From: Torpedo marmorata
Lineage: Eukaryota
Length of the DNA stretch: 64,000 bases
NCBI GenBank assembly: GCA_977017645.1
Contig: OZ360220.1
Coordinates: 224,564,001-224,628,000 of the forward strand
Direction: 5' to 3'
Part shown: piece by piece, positions 38,759-52,984 of the stretch
Layout of the letters: each line of letters opens with the position of its first letter
Position numbering within the stretch: the first letter of the stretch is position 1
The notes under the pieces: generated by a model
The model's database searches: none
The model's input: only the letters and a program-made list of their open reading frames with translations
What the model was told of the DNA's origin: nothing
Position numbers and translations under genes: made by a program

Positions 38759-39569
38759 TATACAAGATTACAATAGACATAAACAAGGTGTACAGCCAGC
38801 TCCTTTTCCCCAGGGCAACAATAGCAAATAGCAGAGGACATCAATTTAAGATGATGGAGCAAAGCTTGGGGGAGATGTCAGAAGTATTTTTTTTGGTGGG
38901 TGCCGGGAATGCATTGTCAGGATGGTAAGAAGGACATTGAAATCACTCTTCGATAAGCACATGGATGAAAGAAAAATAGTTATGGGCTGGGAAGGATTTG
39001 ATTGATGTGAAGTAGATTTACATAGATCCGCACAACATCGTGGGCCAAAGGGCTTGCATTGTGATGTTCTGTTTTATGTTCTATTTTCTGAGAATGGAGG
39101 GCATGGTGGTTGGAAATTAAAAGCTGTGGGAGAAGGGTACCAATGACAGTAGTAGCAGTAGTGTTGGGACAAAGGGAGCATTTGACCAAGAGTGATATAG
39201 AATGTGGTGTATGGACTTGATAAAATTGAATTAGACTGAGTTGTACATTAAAAGGGTGATAAGGAAGGAAGAGCAAGGTTTGACTTCGTTCTATTCTCAA
39301 GATACAGTCATTGTCTTTCCTAAATTATGTCCCATATTACAAGGCCATTGCCTTAATAGTCAACCAATTTCACTGGTCTAGGCAGATACAGATAAGACAA
39401 TAATGATGGGCACTATTCTTTCCTTAAGAATACTAGATGATCCAGCTTGGTTTTTATGATAAACCAGTAGCTTCATCATTATCATTGCTGATATTGAGTA
39501 GGACTGGATTAAATGTAGGAAGGCAGTATGGAGGGAAAGGAGGAACCATAAATCAGGGATACAAAACCT

Positions 39570-40855
39570 CCAGACCACAATCAGTGAGGATTGGTAAGAA
39601 CATCTCCTCCACAATCTCCATCAGCACCGGAGCACCACAGGACTGCGTTCTTAGCCCCCTGCTCTACTCACTTTACACTTACGACTGTGTGGCTCGGTAT
39701 GACAATAACACCATCTACAAATTTGCTGACGAGCACCAATAGCCGGAATATGACTGGGATTGTCTGATCTCGGAAGCTAAGCATGCACAGGACAGGTCAT
39801 TCCTTGGAGGGGAGACCACCAAGGAACACCAGGTGCTGTAGGTTTATGTGAGGGGCGCTGTACAAAGTAGCGACCCTCTGTCTGCCTTTGAGTAGACAAA
39901 AATTAAAGAATTTCATGTATGTTACATTCTAAATGTAGTATTACGTGACAATAGTGGAACCTTTACATTTAATGGGTTGTATAAAGAAAGGCGATGAGTC
40001 AGCATACAGGAGGGAAATTGAAAACTTGACTGATGGTGCACCAACAACAACCTTGTACTCAATTTCACCAAAACCACAGAGCTGATTGTTGAATTCAGGA
40101 AGGGGAAACCAGAGGTGTACGATCCAGTGATCATTGAGGGAATCAGAGGTGGAGAGGGTGAGCAAATTTAAGTTCTTGGGAGTCACTATCTCAGAGGATC
40201 TTTCCTGGACCCAACACACTAATGACCATGAAGAAAGCACGCCAGCACCTCTACCTCCTCGGAGGTTTGGTATGACACCAGAAACCCTAGCAAATTTCTA
40301 CAGATGTGTGGTGGAAAGTGTGCTGACCGGCTGCATCACGATCTGACATGGGGACAATACCCCCAAGCAGAAAGCCCTCCAAAAGGTAGTGGACACAGCC
40401 CAGGACATCACAAGCAAAACCTTCCCCACTATCGAGAACGTCTACAGGGTACGATGCCGTCGGAGAGCAGCAGCAATCATCAACGATCCACACCACCCAG
40501 CACATGCTCTGTTCTCGCTGCTGCCATCAAGAAAGAGGTATAGGTGCCACAAGACTCGCACCACCAGGTTCAGGAACAGCTGCTACCCCTCCACCATCAG
40601 ACTCAACAACAAACTCAGAGGCTCATTTAAGGGCTCTTACTTGTGCACTTTATTGATTTCTTTTATTCTCTCTGTATTGCACAATTTACATTAGTTATCT
40701 GTTTACAGTTATTTATTTGTTTACGTGTACATTGTGTACAGTTTTCTTTTGCACTACCAATAAGTGGTAATTCTGTCTCGCCCACAGGGAAAAGAATCTC
40801 AGGGTTGTATGTGATGTCATGTATGTACTCTGACAATAAATCTGAAATCTGAAAA
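39570..40855 (+). mobile_element. 5'-truncated Rex1/Babar LINE interrupted by the 5S SINE
   Basis: RPQSVRIG, GAPQDCVLSPLLYSLYT, YKFAD, FKFLGVTISEDLSW, HPAHALFSLLPS; tail gacaataaatctgaaatctgaaa. Confidence 0.88.
39741..39971 (+). mobile_element. 5S rRNA-derived SINE (SINE3-like), copy 2, inserted in a Rex1 LINE
   Basis: gtctgatctcggaagctaagc...ttggaggggagacc...caccaggtgctgtagg plus the same tail as copy 1; interrupts the RT right after the YKFAD motif. Confidence 0.88.
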
Positions 40856-41299
40856 CATTTGAGAGACAATATCAATATCTACTCAGTGACCACTTTAAGA
40901 TAGGACTACGAGATGGCTGTAGGATGGTCACTTTTCTACATTGAGGCAGGACAGCCTCAACCTACAAAGATCCAGTTTGGGCTCTGTGTTGAAACTCCAC
41001 AGGTCAGAAGAAGTGACAGCCAGCCTGCAAATGGAGTGGCAGTTTGAGGCTGGAGGCAGCAGCAGAAGAGAAAGCAGATGTCACAGGATCTGACATTCAC
41101 CTTACTTCAACCCGAGCATTCTGAGTAAGCATTCAGTCTGCTTTGATTAACTGCTGCAGCATCAGACCAACTACTTGGTGTAATCATCATGCGTGATGTC
41201 CTTTCTGTCCCATCTCAAGGCCTATACTGTTAGCAACAGAAATTGCCAAAAAGTGTGCTTACAACCATGTTACCAACCATAAACATCAATTCTATTAGC

Positions 41300-42520
41300 A
41301 TTTAGAACATAATACAGCACAGGAACAGGCCCTGTGGCCCACTTCCCTCTGCCAAACATGATGTCCAAATCTAACCAATACGCTACAGCTTGCACTTGAT
41401 AGATATTCTTCTACCTCCCTCATATACAATGTCTACCTAGAAGCCTATTAAATGTTACTATTGTGTCCACCACTACTCCTGGCAGCCCATTCCAGGCATC
41501 CATCTCTCTGTACAAAATATTTGCTGTGCACATCTTCTTCCCCCTCACTTTACAAGCATGTCCTCTGGTGCGTGACACTTTTAACCCTGGGGAAAAGATT
41601 CTGACTGTTCACCCTATCAATGCCTCTCATTGTTTTTTTTAATATTTTATTTAAATTTTTTTAATCGCAAAATACATAAGATAAAATATAAAATTATCAA
41701 AATACATGTGATACATTTTCACCCTCCCTCCCTCCCCTCCCCAACCCCACTAATCTAATAAAATATAAAAAATATTTTTAAAAAAATAAAAATAGAAAAA
41801 AGAAAGAAAAAAAAGAATAGAGTAAGGGGAATGCCATCTATAAACTAATTCTATTGTGGAGGTCAAGCATGCCAGTAGATCCGATATCCAGAGATCATCA
41901 AATCCTTAAACCCACAGCTCTCATATATGGGCTCCAAATTTTTAAGAAAAAATGATATTTATTACGTAAATTATAGGTAAATTTTTCAAGTGGTTTGCAC
42001 GAACGAAGTTCTGCATGCCATCTTTCTAATCCTAAATCTAAATCAGATTTCCAAGTAATAGCAATGCATTTTTTTGTAACAGCTAAAGCAATTCATAAAA
42101 ATTCTACTTGATACATATTTAATTTCTTCTTAATGCTAAACTTTCTAATATCTCCAAACAAAAATATCATAGGATCCATTGGAAATGTAATCTTAAATAC
42201 TTTGTCTAAAAAATTTTTAACTTTCAGCCAACCTCTCATAGTTTTGTAAACTTCTATTAGATCTCCCTCAGCCTCTGATCCTCTAGAGAAAACAACCCAA
42301 CTTTGTCCAACCTCTTCTCAATATCTTATACTCTCTAAAGCAAGCAACAAACTGGTAAGTCTGTTCTGTACCCCTTCCCAAAACCTCCACATCTTTCCTA
42401 TAAAGGGGCAACCAGAATTGCACGCAGTATTCCAAGTGTGGCCTAGCCAAAGGCTTACATCACTGCAACAAGACTTCCCTACTTTTATACTCAATGCCCA
42501 CATTAAGCCTTCTTTACCAA
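41300..42520 (-). mobile_element. CR1-type LINE 3' fragment split by an L1 insertion
   Basis: RPHLEYCVQFW-type sequence near 42400-42450; CR1 tail near 41305-41345. Confidence 0.75.
41637..42231 (-). mobile_element. 5'-truncated L1-clade LINE 3' end with poly(A) tail
   Basis: Minus strand encodes an ORF2 C-terminal-like KKCIAITWKS...PLEKFTY...FLKIWSPY. A-rich tail; TSD cctctcat(t/a)gtttt at 41623-41636 and 42232-42245. Confidence 0.8.
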
Positions 42521-42916
42521 GGAGAACAGAGAAAAGAATTTGGAAAGTAAATTAATATCTACAGCCAGCTTGACCCTTCTCTGAGGCCCCGTCCTGAAGA
42601 TGGGGACAAGATATTTCCATAAAATTGGTAGATCTCACTACCATTTCATTTCAAAAATCACATATTCCATTTAATTGTTTTGAAAAGGTAGTCACCTTCA
42701 AAATTCTTCCCATGTTTATGGAAATAAATTTGTATTAAAATGATTGAATCGCATGAACAAATACTTAGATCACATTTACTGATTTAAGACAGTCATTTTT
42801 ATAAGAGCAATTTGTCAGTAAACTTTGATCTCCAAATTCAGCACAGAATTAATGTTGTTACAAACAATTAGTATGATAGGTTAGCTCACATCTAAATTTA
42901 CGAAACAGTCATCTAT

Positions 42917-43680
42917 AAGATTCAAGATTCTCTTATTGTCATGTAATAAAACAGAAAATGCAATATTGCACATATTTCCTTCAGTTTGCTGTAAGGCAGA
43001 CAAAGAGTTGCATTAGCCTTACTGTAAGAGAAAGAGAAGCCACAAAAAAAAGTCCCTTCAGAGACACTGAGTGCCTACAGATTCATCTCCAGTGCTCCTG
43101 CAGCTTCTGCAGCCACACAGACTCCTGTTCCATCCGTTGGTAACCCAAGCTCCAGATCCAAACCTCCAATACAATTAGGAAGCACTCAGTGCCCCAGGCC
43201 CCTCGGGAACTCTTCTTGTCCTCAGCACCCTCTCCAATCCCGGTTCCCATGAGCCAGCCTCCAGCAGACCGTGTAGTTCCTTTGATCGCAAGTCGCAAAC
43301 AGCCCGCAGCCTGTATGGGTCCTCAGCAACTGAACCCCTTGCTGGTCCGCTGCCGGTTACCTTCCTGGAGAGTCATCTCCTCTGCTTCTCCTTCTTAATG
43401 GGGGAGGTGGGGGCGTTCTCCCTGATTCTGGTGCCCTTCGCCGGTCGACTGCTCCCCTTGAGTTTGCAACCCCTCGATGCCGCTGCAAGCACAGGCGCCG
43501 CCGCCATCTTGGGCAGAGGCCCCGCCGTTGCCCAATTTTAAAATGAAACTCCTTTAACAAGCTGTTTAAAGCCTGTACGGAGCCATTGGCATTAGGACTG
43601 GGTAGTTGGATTCAGCAGAGGAGCGTTGTGTCTCCACTCCCCGCTCTCCCTGGGTCTGCACTAGCGACAGCGTTGGCTTT
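42917..43680 (-). mobile_element. Diverged copy or subfamily of the CpG-rich retroelement
   Basis: Minus strand has cccaagatggcggc, ggatctggagcttggg and ggctgcagaagctgcagg, plus the tail gacaataagagaatcttgaatct. Confidence 0.75.
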
Positions 43681-44121
43681 TTTTAAAATGCAGAAACAGA
43701 CAATATAATCTTGCTCAATATATTTGATCCATTTTTCAAAACAAAGTCTGTTAACAAAAAAATCCACTTGGAGGGCAGTGATTTATTGAAACTCCATCTT
43801 AGATCTGAATTTGAAAGAGCATGCCTGTTATGATGCAAATAGCTTAAAGACTGGGAAGACTAATAGTTACATCCATACATTGGATAGCCATTGACAATAG
43901 AAGCTCAAGTCAAACTTGATACGAGAAACTTAGTTATTTATGACTTCTGCAAGGCCTTACTGAATGTTTTATTAACTAGATGAAGATATTTAATTGAATT
44001 TTACATACAAGATTTAACAAAATCATAATGGCTACTCTCATTAACTGCAGAGATACAAAATTATCAAGTCTGTATAAATTAGTTTTTCAGTTCAATTTTT
44101 TCCACTTAACCTCCTAAAAGT

Positions 44122-44472
44122 AGCCCCATTCACATTGGCACTTTATCCTAGTAATTAACCGCCAATCTACCGGTTTACGTGCCAATGTGAACGCTCACGA
44201 ATCGGCACACAGGCGTCAGATCACCCCGGGGATGGACCGCCTAGGTAGGGTGTATCACCGCCGATTCGTTTTGAATTGGCGTACTGGTTAGCCCAGTGTG
44301 AAAGGGACAAGGAGTATCCTGGGACCAATTAGTGGAGGATAGCTACCCCTCTGCTCTGGGGTGCTGGGTGGTGAGTGTGAAAGGGCGCAGAGAACCGGTT
44401 AACGTTGGTCCAGTGTGAACGGCAAAAACGGCTTCTTGAACCTTTTACTGGTTAGCCAATGTGAAAAGGGCT
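44122..44472. mobile_element. PIF/Harbinger-type MITE
   Basis: TIR agccccattcacattggc / gccaatgtgaaaagggct; 3-bp TSD AGT; internal repeats of the (a/c)(a/g)tgtgaa motif. Confidence 0.8.
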
Positions 44473-46853
44473 AGTATTAAGCCTGTCATTCCTAACATCC
44501 TGTATTCTCACTGCAGTAAGGAGAGGAAAAGAACCAAACAGTCTGCTAACTAACATTTCGCAGAGCTAACTGGTGAGCAATAATAGAAAACTGTGCATTT
44601 GTTTCCATGACCCTACATTTTGCCCCAGGCAAGACTAGATAATGAAGCACAAGAATCTGGGGTCAGCCTTCACCTTCCTATGCTATTAACCATTCAGTTA
44701 CTTGTCTCAGTGATACCAGATGTTTATCTCCAAGTTGCAGTTGGATACACAATCAGTGTTTTATGAGCCAATTGAGCAAAAATGTTTTATTCAACAGTTT
44801 CGGATTTTGTAAGTAGCAATTGAGAACCAAGGACATGTCTTTGATAGTTGCTGAGACAGGAATAGCAAGAAGAAATAATAATCTCCACTCTCTCAGAAAA
44901 AAATGGAACAGATCTGTAAATTCAACCCACAGGACTGGATTTGTAGTATGAATCACATAGAAAGCGATGGTTAGATTTAAAAAACAATTTATTTCTATTT
45001 TAAAAGGCAAGTTTTTGGTTTGCCACATTTGAAGATTTAGCACTTATCACACCTGATCGTTAACAGACCAAGCTTCCTCTACTATTGATGAATACATGCA
45101 TGCTGCATTCCATATCTTCACCTGCATAAAAATTGGGGAAAGTGGAAGTGAGAGGAAATTAAAAGTTGAGAAATTATGTGTAGAGAAAGGTAAAAGAAAC
45201 ATTGAGAGCATGCAAAATTTGCTAGGAATCTCCACTTGATTTTGCTGTCTTTTTTTCCACAGCAGTGTCCCCAAGACCAGCATAACTGGTGCAATAGTTT
45301 GCAGGATTTTAAATGCAAATTACCTTTAGCACAACCTGATCAATTGGTCTCTTGTAATGGCTTTTAAAGTATTAGGCACCAAGCAGTCATGACCTTAGGA
45401 GAAATTAATATTCAATAGGAATTGTTTGTTTTCAAGTTTTTGAAGAGATTCCAAAAATCTAACTTATTTTTAAAAAGGTTTCAAAAGATTTTCTTGTGTA
45501 TATATGAAAGAGCTTGCTGCACCCCAAATGTGTTTTTTAAATTGCACACATCTATTTATTTGTATATATGAATACTGTGTATGTATTGTATGTCTGATGT
45601 GTGTTATGTCTGATTGTGTGTCTGCATGTTTTGCAGAGGACTGGAGAATGCTGTTTCATTGGGTTGTACTTGTGCAATCAGATGACAGTAAACTTGATAT
45701 CTCAAAATTCATTTTCAGCTACTTAAAATGAGGTTACTCAAAGAATGAAACATTAATAAAATATTTTTGTCATTGATAAGCCCACATCTGTTATTTAAAT
45801 TAATCATAAAAATATGAACAAATATTTGTTAGTCACATTTCAAAATATCCAGTTATGTTAGCCCCTGATAGATAATTCCTATTTAGGAAAAGCAATCAAA
45901 TTTGAAAGGGCATGGGTACAGAAATACTTTTTATAAAAAAAAGAAAATGTTCTTTGGAACTAGCAATTGTGCCCCAAAGGAAACTTATTCTATTATAAAA
46001 GCATGCAATACAAATGCAGAATTGCACAAATTCAGTTGTCTTGAACAATGCCACAGCCCTTCAATTCCAAACACATCAGTACAGAGCAACATGCATGCTG
46101 CTAATTATTTTCCAAAAGCCTACTTTAAAAACTATATTATGCATTTTAAAAGCAGTGATTTTTATATGATAAATTATATTAATAATAGAACAAGTACCAC
46201 TATTTTACAGTACACAATTTCTTACAGGTTAATATAATACACTTGGCACCCTATTTGACTGAGAACTTCAACAATAGGCTGCAAACTGGTAAATAAAAAT
46301 ATCTAAAGTCATCCAGATATTGGCACCATGAATGCTTAATAACACTTAATTAAAATCTACACGCTTGCTATTGGAAGCATGTTCACTGCAAAACAAGTAA
46401 CAAATTAGTCCTTCCCAATAATTACCACAGCTCACTCCTTAAAAATGTTGCATCCAATTTCTTTGAAAGTCATGATGCATATTTATTGGCAAAAACAAAA
46501 CTGCTGCCAATTAGTACATTTCATAAAAGCAGCCAAAATGTCATCACCAGAACTGAAGAAACAGAACATTTGCCAATACTTTCTACACTCTGCTAATTTG
46601 TCTCCCCAGTTAAACTCTAGAGCATAATAGGATAAAATCTGCAAAGCAGCATTTGGATTTCTCTGGATGTGGAAGGAAATAAATCATTCATATTAACCAG
46701 ATCCCAATTCAATACCGCTGACAAGTTTCTAACTGAACTCTCAAATAAACAGGGTAAAAATAAGCCAAGCACAATCTGCTGAATGAACTCAGCAGGTCAA
46801 GCAGCATCAGTGGGAGCAAAAGAATGATAGGCGTTTCGAGCCAAAACATATTA

Positions 46854-47061
46854 CAGATATACCCCGCTTTACGAAACGAGAGCCTTCCGAGGAAACCTTT
46901 CGTAAGCTGAAATGGCGTAAAGCAAAGACCCATTCACTACTATTGGAGGCTATTTTCGTAAAAGCGAAAACCCATTCAAAACCTTTCGTAAAAGCGAACA
47001 CGGCTTTCTTCGTAAAAGCGAATTTTCATAATTCGAGTATTCGTAAAGCGGGGTATACCTG
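46854..47061. mobile_element. Tigger-like MITE inserted in a PLE-tail hairpin remnant (about 46770-47165)
   Basis: TIR cagatataccccgctttacgaa / ttcgtaaagcggggtatacctg; TA TSD; internal ttcgtaaaagcgaa repeats. Confidence 0.88.
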
Positions 47062-48394
47062 TATCTTGAAACATTGACCATTCTTTTTCCCCTTTAATGC
47101 TGCTTAATCTGCTTTAGTTCCTCCTGCAGATGGTAATTAGCTTCAGATTCCAGCATCTATACAGACGCCTCCAACATGTCTCCATGCCAAAAATAAGGAC
47201 ATTTGACTTTAATATAGCAGTTGCTGAAGACAACTGATTAAATAGTGTTTTTATAAAACTCCAATAATTTAGCATGATTATTTTGTAGAAACAACTGTTA
47301 TATGTGGTCTTTCAATTATCACCTCAAATTATGGGTAAAGTATTTCATGACTGCCATTATACAGCACTTAATAAGGCATAGGATTCCTCAGATGCCAGGT
47401 TACAAGTCTTAAAGCTGACAGAAACCTCAGAATAAGTTTACGGATTTTTTTCCTTAAAGATAACCACAAGGAGAAACAGGCTCCTTTAAAAAAAATGCCT
47501 AGAAATGAATACAATACATTCTAGATGTATGCACTGTCAATCAATATACATTACAAGTATGGTGGTCTGATTAGCAACACAAACCATGCAAATTCAAACT
47601 ATAAAATCAAATGAACTATGTCTGGAAAATTCTAAGCAACAAAAAAAAGTGGCCATGAAACATGCAAATTATTTTCCAAATGTTCTTGTAGTCCACCAAA
47701 TGAATATTCTTTAGGAACAGGAATGCTCTGTACTAACTAGTCTTTCTGATGTTATCAACACACAAAAACCAATAACAGAAATCCTGATCAAAGGACTAAC
47801 CCAAGACCCAAAACAGAATCATCCAAGTTTCTAAGCCTGTACTAATTTTGTTGAAGCTCAAAGTCAGGAGCCAGATGAGCATACATTACCCAACTGAATC
47901 TGGCCATCCAATATAAATAAACTAAGTTTAAATGATGAAACAATTGTATCTGAACCAGTGAGCTCTCACCAAACATATGGATTGGAAAGGGGGCAGGGAA
48001 AAGAAAATGGAAAACAAAGCAATCCTGCACCAGCAGATGTTGGTGGCCGGCAGGATCCAAATCAGTGGGGATGCAGAGCTCAGCCATCTGAACACAAAAA
48101 GAAATAAGCATGTCCACACTCATCATCAATGAAGATAGGCAGATTATGAAAAAAAACATTTTGCACTGGTGAACAGGAGCCAAGAATATAAAATACATGA
48201 GCAAATTTCTTCAGAACCTTGTTGCGATACTGGTACCAAAATAAAAGCTCCTGCTCAGTTTGCTTTAAAGGAAAAGGATTCCAACGATGCAAGGTTTGAT
48301 TTCGTCACGTGCAGCATTGTAACTTTCACTTCAGCCGCACATTGGAGTTTAATAGATGGCAAAAAAGACATCACATTCTTTAGGTAATTGAAAA

Positions 48395-48600
48395 ATCAAA
48401 AGATATGCAGATACTGTAAATCTGAAATAAAATCAGAAAATGCTGGTGACACTCAGCAGATCAAGTAGCATCAGCGTGCAGAGAAAGTTAGTTAATATTT
48501 CAGCTCCACACAGTTGAAAGATCTTTGACCTCAAACATCGACTGTTTCTCTTTCCACAATTGCTGTCTCACCTATCGAATGTATCCAGCAAATTCTTCAT
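48395..48600. mobile_element. Old PLE-tail-derived inverted remnant
   Basis: gaaaatgctggtgacactcagcagatcaagtagcatc on the left and the complementary-type tgctgtctcacctatcgaatgtatccagca on the right. Confidence 0.5.
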
Positions 48601-50864
48601 GTAACCAACACTCTGCTTGTCCAAATTAAGTTCCACCCTGAGAACGGGACAAACAATTTTCAATATTGCCATATCAAAATCAACTTTAAACAGGTCCAAA
48701 CAGAATGTGCAAAATCTCAACAGAGGCAAAATAACTCAAAATTGGTAAGTTAATTGATCATGGTAAGTTACCCCTTGTGTGTAAGCGAGTGGTAGATCTG
48801 GGGGCAGGGCAGGGAGCGTTGAGAGGAATGTAGGAGAATAAAATAGGATTTGTGATTGATGGTCAGCATGGACTCAGCTGGCCAAAATGCCTGTTACTGT
48901 ACAACTCAGTGATTCTGTCACACCTCCGACACACTCTCTTCTCCATCTTTCCATTGGGGAGGAGGCCCAAGAGTATGAAGTCGCACACCAACAGAGAGTC
49001 AGTTTTTTCCCTGCAGCCATCAGGCTCCTGAATGAAGCCCACAACAGTACCCTCGTGCTGCTCTTGCTTTGTACGAATTGATCTTTACTCCATTGTAACT
49101 CTCAACTCTGTAATTGTGCTCTTGCACTTATACATTATATTGATATCTGTTAAAAGTTGACCTGTCAGACAGCTCATGGAAGTACCTTTCTCACTGCACT
49201 AAGTATAATGTGACAAATAAAGCTAAACTTTCATTGCTCATGAATTTGTTATTTTATATGAGACGATCGAACAGTTTGGGTCTATACCAAGAGGAGTTAA
49301 AACAATGAGAGGCCATCTTACCAAACACAGTAGATTCGGAGGACATATGACAGAATACATGCAGGGAAGTCTGTTCCCCTCATGGGAGAATTAGAACTTG
49401 GGGACAACAGCTCACAGTAAGGAGTCACCCATTTAAGATGGAAAAGAGATAACTATTTTAAAAATCATGAACCTTAGGAATTCTCGATCCCAAGAGCCGA
49501 GGAACTGAAGTCACTGAATTTACTCAAGGCTGGGTTAGATAGATTTTTGAATGATAGGGAAATTGAGGGCTAGGTGGTAGGATGGTAGATATCTGGCTAA
49601 AATTTAATGAGATAATGATTGATGTTTCAAGCTGGAAAGGTTTCATGGCCAACTCCTGCTCCCATCTCATATTCCTATTGGTCAGAGCATTTATTCTAAC
49701 TCACAAGTAACATCATCCATCTTCTTTATAAATTGCGATGGGCATGTCTAGTTGGTATCCTATTAAGAATCTATAAACTGGTTTTAACATAATTTTATAA
49801 AGTCCAGCCTATCTGAAGCTTTCACTCCTTCCCCTACTATAATGTGGTTGCATTGTGCATCAATTGTTGGATGCAAGGTGCAACCTCTGACACAGAAATT
49901 CAAGGGCAGCAGGCTCATATGAACACTAACTAATTTTTCCTGACAGTTGCAGATTATGCTAATTTGGGCATCTAATGCGTTGCTGCATTGCTGTGGGGAG
50001 TCAGAATTCTAGAACTCCGCACAATAGCTTTTCAATTGGAGATGGATAATAAAAATTAGCCTTGCCAAGAAGGAACAACATAATTAGAGCTGCAATATTT
50101 CTTAATTCTCTTTCTCCTTTCTTTTATTACTCTTCCTCATCTCTCAAAAACTACACATCTTCAAGAATCACTTTAAAAAGCTACAAGCTTTCATAAAAAT
50201 ACAAACATAATACGTCAAGCAGAACTGCAGCCTTTGCCTGCCCCATCTTCAGTCAAATGTTTCAGTAAGGTATTATTGAATTGGCCAATTACTCTGAAAA
50301 ATAACTTTCAAAAGATTAATTCCTTCGTGTGAAGCCAATACAGAGATTGAAAACCAGATGAAATTGGTGAAGTAACAAGGGAAGATATACCAACATATTA
50401 ATCCTCCAAATCTAATCACATGATAATGAAAGCACAATTTTTCTCCCAGAGCGCAGTAATACTACATTCGTACATATTTCCTGTAGGTTGTGATCTGATC
50501 AGTAGGGGTTATTTCAAAATTACCTTACATCACATTTCTACATCTTTTCTACTTTCGTGAACAGGTAGGTGCCTAGAAACCGCATTGTATAGTGCCATGG
50601 TTTTGAACATTATATAATCCAAGATGCATTAAAAAGTAAACTGGAAAAAAAAAGGGTATTTACTGCATAAACAGTGGTTTATGATTTTCAATCCTGAACA
50701 AGTCTTTTGCAGTAGCACATGAAGAACCCAGTGGTATCCAATGACATACAACATACATCTGGGCTACATGACTGATGAATGAAAGCTTGCTCCAGTATGA
50801 ATGGCACAGAATCAGTCAACCCAACTTCTGTACGACCTAAGAAATGTAGGGAAATTTTATCCTC

Positions 50865-52900
50865 TTAAAAAGACAGCAAGCGGGAGAGTCTGGACCAGCC
50901 AATTACGCTGGTGGAGCTGATGGGCTCTATCCATTCCTTTGGGTCGAGTAAAACTCTCAGAAGTGACAGCTTACCGGCTGAGTTGTACACAGTTCTGTGC
51001 GACTGGGTGGGCCCAGACCTGCTGGAAGTATACAACACTCTGCTCCTGGCAAGCAGAAAGTCAGACTCCATGGGGAAGGGAATCATCACCCTCATCTTCA
51101 AAACAGAAGGGGGAGAAGGAGGATATCATTGTTAAATGCTGACTATAAAAGGAGGGAATCCAAAATTGCATTAAACTGTTCTACATGGACATTTGTAGCA
51201 CAGTTCAAATCAATGGGTGGGAAACAGATAGCTTCCCCATCAAGTCTGGAGTCAGGCAGGGTTGTTCACTCCCTCCAGTTTTATTTGTGTGATGCATAGA
51301 GCCCTTTGCCGAATCCATCAGGAAGGATGAGAGCATAAGAGAAGTGACGCTGCCAGGCAGTGAAGGCACTCAGGTCAAGGCCTCCCTGTACATGGATGAC
51401 ATCGCTATTTTCTATTCAGACACACGATCTGTCTGCAGACTGATCAGCATCTGTGGCCACTTTAAGTCTGCATTGGGCATGAGGGTAAAACAGAAGAAGA
51501 GTGAGGCAATGTCCACCATCCCCTTCACAGTCAGGGCCTGAAGATCCTGGGGATCTGGTTAGGAAGGGTCGAGGCACGCAACAACAATTGGTCGGAGCAG
51601 ATCGCAAAGGTCCACCAGAAATTGGGACTGTGGGCACGGAGCTCCCTCTCAATAAAAGGGAAGAACCTGGTCATCAGGTGAAAGGTTCTCTCTGTATTTC
51701 TGCACGTGGCGCAGGCGTGGCCCATTTCCTGCATCTCCACCCTGGCGGTCACCAGAGCAGTCTCTCGGTTCATATGGGGATCCTAGATGGAAAGGGTCCG
51801 AAAGGTCACAATGTACAATGCGCCAGATAATGGGGACAAGAGCGTACCCAACGTGGCCCTCATCCTGATGGCCACCTTCTGATGTAGCTGCATCAGGCTG
51901 TGCGTGGAACCAAGTATGAGGGCACCAAGTGACGCTAAGTGCTGAGGTTCTACCTGTCCCAGGTGCTGTGAATGATGGGCCTAACCCCATTGCCACGCAA
52001 TGTCCCAGTCAGCTGGACTTTGCCACACCATTTCCTTGTGGAAATTTTTTTCCAGACCAACACCTTTGACCACAAGGCCACCAGGCAGTGGTCAGCACGA
52101 GATGAGGACTTGATGGACATAGTGGGGTGGTTCCCGGAGCAGACCGTCCAGGTCATCTGGCGGCAAGCTTCATCATCAGTGCTCACAAACAAGCAGCAGG
52201 ACTTGGCCTGGCTGGCAGTGAGAGGACTCCTCCGCGTCAGATCCTTCCTGTACAATCGGAACATCACCCACAACGCACATAGTCCCTGAGATGACTGAAG
52301 TGAAGTGGAGACAGTTGCCCATCTCTTTGGAGAATGCAGATATGCTAAGATTGTGTGGAGAAGGATAAAAGGGTCCTTTTCACGGTTCATTCCAACAGCA
52401 GCAAGACAGAGAACTCTGATTTATGAGCTGTTCCCAGGGATGCACACAGAGTCCGACATCCAGAACTGCTGGAAGACCAACTCTGTGAAAGACACACTTT
52501 GGTCTGCCTGAAACCTGATGGCCTTTCAGCACATGGAGATATCAGTGAGGGAATACTGCCGATTGGAACATTCCAGGCTGCAGGAGTACATGCTGAGGGA
52601 CACACTAAGGCTTGGCGCAGCCAACATGAGGGCATTGTGGGGAAGGACCACAGTCTAGAGTCCTTCGGTTACCGGGCATTGATGGGCTGAGGCTGAGGGG
52701 AAGCTCCTCAAACAACAGAGGGGGGAGGACTGACAAGGTGTCTCAGTGGTGGCAATGGTATAAATAGAAATGAATATAACAATGTACAGGGATGGAAATT
52801 CATTGATACAAAACTAAGGGTGGGAAGAGACTTTGAACAGTTTTGCTTTTGTAAATAATTGTGAATAAAAGTCTATTTTTGGTTAAAAAAAATAAATAAA
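50865..52900 (+). mobile_element. Decayed Tx1-like (L1 clade) LINE, 3' part
   Basis: DSLPAELY..WVGPDLLEVYN, GIITLIFK, ISLLNADYK, SLYMDDI, zf-RVT-like DLAWLAVRGLL and ETVAHLFGEC; ends aataaaagtctatttttgg plus an A-rich tail. Confidence 0.85.
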
Positions 52901-52984
52901 TAGGGAACTTGACGCAGCTGGTTCCAAGCCAATACACCTCTCTCCAGTCCACAACTTTGCAAGGTAGGCACCCGAATCTCAGAG

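Larger units (their letters stand above)
37410..39090 (+). mobile_element. CR1-type LINE 3' fragment interrupted by a SINE tail, a PLE-linked inverted duplication and a Tc2-type MITE
   Basis: MLQLYKTLVRPHFKYCVSFWSPHY..ALERAQRRFTR; CR1 sequence resumes at 38248-38330 and after 38760. Confidence 0.85.

Noticed and set aside
52900-52960. Tx1 target-site specificity for U2 snRNA, 5S or tRNA
   Set aside because: The flank after the A-rich tail does not resemble these RNAs.
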